A stretch of 61,645 nucleotides of DNA, the filler included. It is 3 parts of 3 records of this genome, joined end to end, with 100 filler letters (N's around TTAATTAATTAA, not from the genome) between each part and the next. Parts side by side here need not be neighbours in the genome. Positions count along the whole stretch, not along the records: positions 52,890 to 61,645 come from SRR31156797_6728; 2 more parts are not named here. One strand, written 5' to 3'. The notes beneath the pieces were generated by a model. That model searched no databases. It was not told where the DNA came from and saw only the letters and a list, made by a program, of their open reading frames with translations. Below, piece by piece: positions 58,257 to 61,645 of this stretch. The position numbers and the translations under genes were made by a program. The stretch's first letter is position 1. The number at the start of each line of letters is the position of its first letter.

Positions 58257-60851
58257 ATGAAACATTTATTCACGAAGCTTTATGTGGTTGGTTTATTACT
58301 AACCCTTCCTTTGGTAGCTTTTGCCCAAGGTAAAGTATCCGGAAAATTGGTTGATTCGAGCTCCAAGGAACCATTAATTGGAGCAGCAATCTACCTTGAA
58401 TCGGACAAAGGTGTTGGAACCGTAACTTCCCTCGACGGTACTTTTGAACTAAACCTGGAAAGTGGAAAGCAAAACCTAGTATTTACTTACCTAGGTTATG
58501 TAGAGCAAACCCAAACTGTAGATGTTAGTGGAGATTTAGATCTTGGAACTATTAAGATGAAATCTTCAACTGTAGGTTTAACTGAAGTATCTATTGTTGC
58601 TTCATTTGCTACAGACAGAAAAACACCGGTGGCTATCTCTAATATTCCTGCGGCTGTTATTTCCGAAAAACTTGGAAACCAGGAATTCCCCGAAATTTTA
58701 AAGTCTACTCCTTCTGTTTATGCCACCAAACAAGGTGGAGGATTTGGTGATTCTCGTATTGCTATTCGTGGTTTTAACACTAGTAATATTGGTGTTTTGA
58801 TTAATGGCGTTCCTGTAAATGATATGGAAAACGGGAGAGTTTACTTTTCCAACTGGGCTGGATTGAGTGATGTAACTTCTGTTATGCAGGTTCAACGTGG
58901 TTTAGGTGCATCTAAATTAGCTATTTCTTCTGTTGGAGGTACAATTAATATTTTAACTAAAAGTGCTGATGCAGAACAAGGTGGTTCTTTTTATGCCGGA
59001 ACTGGTAATGATGGTTATAAAAAATTAAGCTTTAATGTTTCTACTGGTTTAATGGAAAATGGTTGGGCTTTAACCTTGTTAGGAGGAACAGTTAAAGGTG
59101 ATGGTTATGTTGATGGAACAGATTTTCAAGGATATAACTATTTCTTTAATGTAACTAAGGTTATTAATGATAACCACCGTTTATCTTTACAAGGGTTTGG
59201 AGCACCTCAATGGCACAACCAAAGAGGTAGTAAAATGACAATAGCTCAATTTGAAAACAAAGACGAAAACTTATTCTTTAGCAATAGCCGTAAGCAAAAG
59301 TTTAATTCCGATTACGGAATCCGAGATGGTAAAAACTACGGAGGTAGCTATGCCTATAATTTCTATCATAAACCACAATTTTCTTTAAACCATTTTTGGG
59401 ACATTAATGATTATACTAGTTTAAGCACCTCTGTTTATGCTTCATTAGCCAGTGGTGGAGGTAGAAGGTTACGTGGACATGAAGATAAAGATGATGAAGT
59501 AACTTATAGTTATGAAGACCAAACGTACAGCGCCAGTGCTAAACAATGGAGAACCGGAGATGGACTAATAGACTGGGACGCTATTATTGCACACAATCAG
59601 CAACTTGAAGGTGTTTCTGATTTTGTAATTACCAATTCTATGAATGAGCACCAGTGGTTTGGTTTACTATCAACCTTAAACACTAGAGTAAATAATATTA
59701 ATATTACAGCTGGTGTAGATTCTCGTTATTATTTAGGATCTCATTATGAAAAAATTGATGACTTATTAGGCGGTCAGTTTTTCATAGATGATTCAAATAT
59801 CAACAGGGATGTACATACTCCTCTAAGAGAAGGTGATAAATATAGTTATCACAATGATATGCAAGTGGTTCGAAATGGCGTATTCTTGCAAGCTGAAGGT
59901 GAATGGAATAATATAACTGCATTTATCTCAGGTGCATCTTCTTATCAAAACGTACGCCGTATTGATTTCTTTCAATACAAAAAAGGAAATGAAAAATCAG
60001 ATTGGGCCCATTTTTTAGATTGGAGTGTAAAAGGTGGTGCTAATTATAACTTTAGTGCAAATCACAATGCTTTTATTAATGCGGGTTATTTTATTCGTTC
60101 TCCATTTGTAAGGTTTGTTTTTGATGGATATACCAATGACATTATAGACGATGCTCAATACGAAAAGGTAATAACTTTTGAAGCTGGCTACGGATACAGA
60201 ACGAAAACTACCAATATCAAATTGGGTTACTATAGAACTGAGTGGAGAGATCAAGGATTATCTACTACAATTGGTGATGCTGTTTATAGTTTACTTGGAT
60301 TAAACTCTTTACACCAAGGAATTGAGTTAGAAGCTAAATACCGCCCTACTCGTAACCTAACCATTAAAGCCATGGCATCTGTTGGTCTTTGGAAATATAT
60401 TGATGATGTACGTTTTCAACAATTTGATGACCAGGGTAACTTCTTAGGAGAATTTAATGCATACCTTAAAGATGTTAGTGTTGGTAACTCAGCCCAAACA
60501 ACGGCAGCATTAAGCATAAACTACAAATTCCTGAAGGATTGGAATATTGCTATTGATGGTAACTATTCGGGTAGAAACTATGCAGATTTCGATCCTTCGG
60601 AACGCACGGGCTCAAAATCTGCAGGCATAGATTCCTGGCAAATGCCGGATGCCTATTTATTTGACATGAATGCAGGATACAATTTTAAAGTTGCTGGTTT
60701 AAAAACTCGCATTACTGGTAAAATATCAAATTTATTTGATACAGTCTATATTACAGATGCCACTGATGGTACTAATCATGATTGGAAAACATCTCCTGTT
60801 TACTATGGCTTAGGGCGTACTTACTCAGTAGGTTTAAAAGTTAACTTTTAA
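58257..60851 (+). CDS. TonB-dependent receptor with N-terminal CarboxypepD_reg-like domain
   Basis: Signal peptide; EPLIGA, YLGY; plug IRGF...INGVPVN...GGTINI; NLFD..Y; C-terminal VNF; ATG 58257. Confidence 0.94.
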   Translation: MKHLFTKLYVVGLLLTLPLVAFAQGKVSGKLVDSSSKEPLIGAAIYLESDKGVGTVTSLDGTFELNLESGKQNLVFTYLGYVEQTQTVDVSGDLDLGTIKMKSSTVGLTEVSIVASFATDRKTPVAISNIPAAVISEKLGNQEFPEILKSTPSVYATKQGGGFGDSRIAIRGFNTSNIGVLINGVPVNDMENGRVYFSNWAGLSDVTSVMQVQRGLGASKLAISSVGGTINILTKSADAEQGGSFYAGTGNDGYKKLSFNVSTGLMENGWALTLLGGTVKGDGYVDGTDFQGYNYFFNVTKVINDNHRLSLQGFGAPQWHNQRGSKMTIAQFENKDENLFFSNSRKQKFNSDYGIRDGKNYGGSYAYNFYHKPQFSLNHFWDINDYTSLSTSVYASLASGGGRRLRGHEDKDDEVTYSYEDQTYSASAKQWRTGDGLIDWDAIIAHNQQLEGVSDFVITNSMNEHQWFGLLSTLNTRVNNINITAGVDSRYYLGSHYEKIDDLLGGQFFIDDSNINRDVHTPLREGDKYSYHNDMQVVRNGVFLQAEGEWNNITAFISGASSYQNVRRIDFFQYKKGNEKSDWAHFLDWSVKGGANYNFSANHNAFINAGYFIRSPFVRFVFDGYTNDIIDDAQYEKVITFEAGYGYRTKTTNIKLGYYRTEWRDQGLSTTIGDAVYSLLGLNSLHQGIELEAKYRPTRNLTIKAMASVGLWKYIDDVRFQQFDDQGNFLGEFNAYLKDVSVGNSAQTTAALSINYKFLKDWNIAIDGNYSGRNYADFDPSERTGSKSAGIDSWQMPDAYLFDMNAGYNFKVAGLKTRITGKISNLFDTVYITDATDGTNHDWKTSPVYYGLGRTYSVGLKVNF

Positions 60852-60886
60852 TGATAATGTTAGGTAATAAAATAAATTGTAGACAA

Positions 60887-61645
60887 ATGAAATTTAATTA
60901 TATATTAATAATTGCTGCTTCATTATTCTTGACCATAGCCTGTGAGCCTATGGAAGATATTAATAAAGAGCTGGATGATTCCTATCACGGCCCCTTAAAT
61001 CAAGATCTTACATACGAACTAACCAGTTCCGATTATAAATCAATTAGTGAATCAGCGTTACAAGATGCAACTTCTGCAACTGAATACGATATAGCATCTT
61101 CAATTCTACAAGGAGATACTGCATTAACAGGAGATTTAGCAATTAAATATATTCCAGAAATATTAGCGAGTATGGAAGATATGTTTGGGTACGCACCCAA
61201 ATCTGTTAATGCGGTTACATTTAAATACAGAGAATCAATTGATGATAATTTAACTGATTCAACTGTTACATTTTATAAATACTCTTTGTATTCATGGATG
61301 CTATTACCAGATCCTGGATATGAATACGACTTCGAAGATGGAACAGCTTATGAAGATATTGATATGAATGGCTGGACACAATATAATCTAGGAACTGCAA
61401 CTGATATGAACTATACGTATAGAACATTTAGTGGCAATACATACGCTTATGTTACAGCCTACAATGGAGAAAGTGAAAATGGCGGTTATGATATTTGGTT
61501 GGTATCACCAGGTTTAGACCTGAACAATATAATTGTAGCTCCTAATTTATCGTTTGACAATGCTAATGCATATCCAAATGGAGCCACCTTTAAAGTATTT
61601 ATCATGGATAATGCTGATCCTTCTTTAGCTACTTTTAAAGATGAA
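60887..61645 (+). CDS. Surface lipoprotein, truncated by the window end (DUF5017/choice-of-anchor-J-like domain)
   Basis: Open to the end of the window, so absent from ORF track; MKFNYILIIAASLFLTIAC lipobox then acidic EPMED; TYELTSSDY; WLVSPGLDL. Confidence 0.8.
   Translation, partial: MKFNYILIIAASLFLTIACEPMEDINKELDDSYHGPLNQDLTYELTSSDYKSISESALQDATSATEYDIASSILQGDTALTGDLAIKYIPEILASMEDMFGYAPKSVNAVTFKYRESIDDNLTDSTVTFYKYSLYSWMLLPDPGYEYDFEDGTAYEDIDMNGWTQYNLGTATDMNYTYRTFSGNTYAYVTAYNGESENGGYDIWLVSPGLDLNNIIVAPNLSFDNANAYPNGATFKVFIMDNADPSLATFKDE

Noticed and set aside
195-60254. Many 60-125 aa ORFs antisense or out of frame inside real genes
   Set aside because: Shadow ORFs with no RBS or family motifs
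1-61645. CRISPR array, rRNA, tRNA, IS elements, integron cassettes
   Set aside because: No regularly spaced repeats, cloverleafs, transposases or attC/VCR repeats seen by eye

Overview
This window is not one genome segment. It is three contigs joined by artificial 100-nt spacers (N44-TTAATTAATTAA-N44 at 27946-28045 and 52790-52889). Contig A (1-27945) looks like Vibrio core genome: yceJ/yceI, focA-CBS, two LysR genes, an OLD-family nuclease, 5'-nucleotidase, an SgrR-family regulator, pat/yfiQ, ddl and yciH. Six matS-like palindromes and two rightward KOPS octamers place it in a replication-terminus region, probably chromosome 2 just short of dif. Next to that point lies a Cre-like tyrosine recombinase with an altered active site, divergent from a tandem-repeat DUF3319-like gene. 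Contig A also has two small membrane ORFs (31 and 25 aa) missing from the ORF track. Contigs B (28046-52789) and C (52890-61645) are more AT-rich Bacteroidetes sequence with TAnnTTTG promoters, probably Marinilabiliales-like. Contig B holds a TPR histidine kinase, rplS with a structured leader, a TolC-MFP-RND-PII-like-DUF2892 operon with a candidate operator, folP-dacA-mscS, hemN-hemG, GT2, GH1 and ald. Contig C holds galK-galM-MFS, a TetR gene, and a TonB-dependent receptor plus a truncated lipoprotein behind a TetR-type operator. No rRNA, tRNA, CRISPR array or intact IS element was seen. All family calls come from motif recognition by eye, not database searches.
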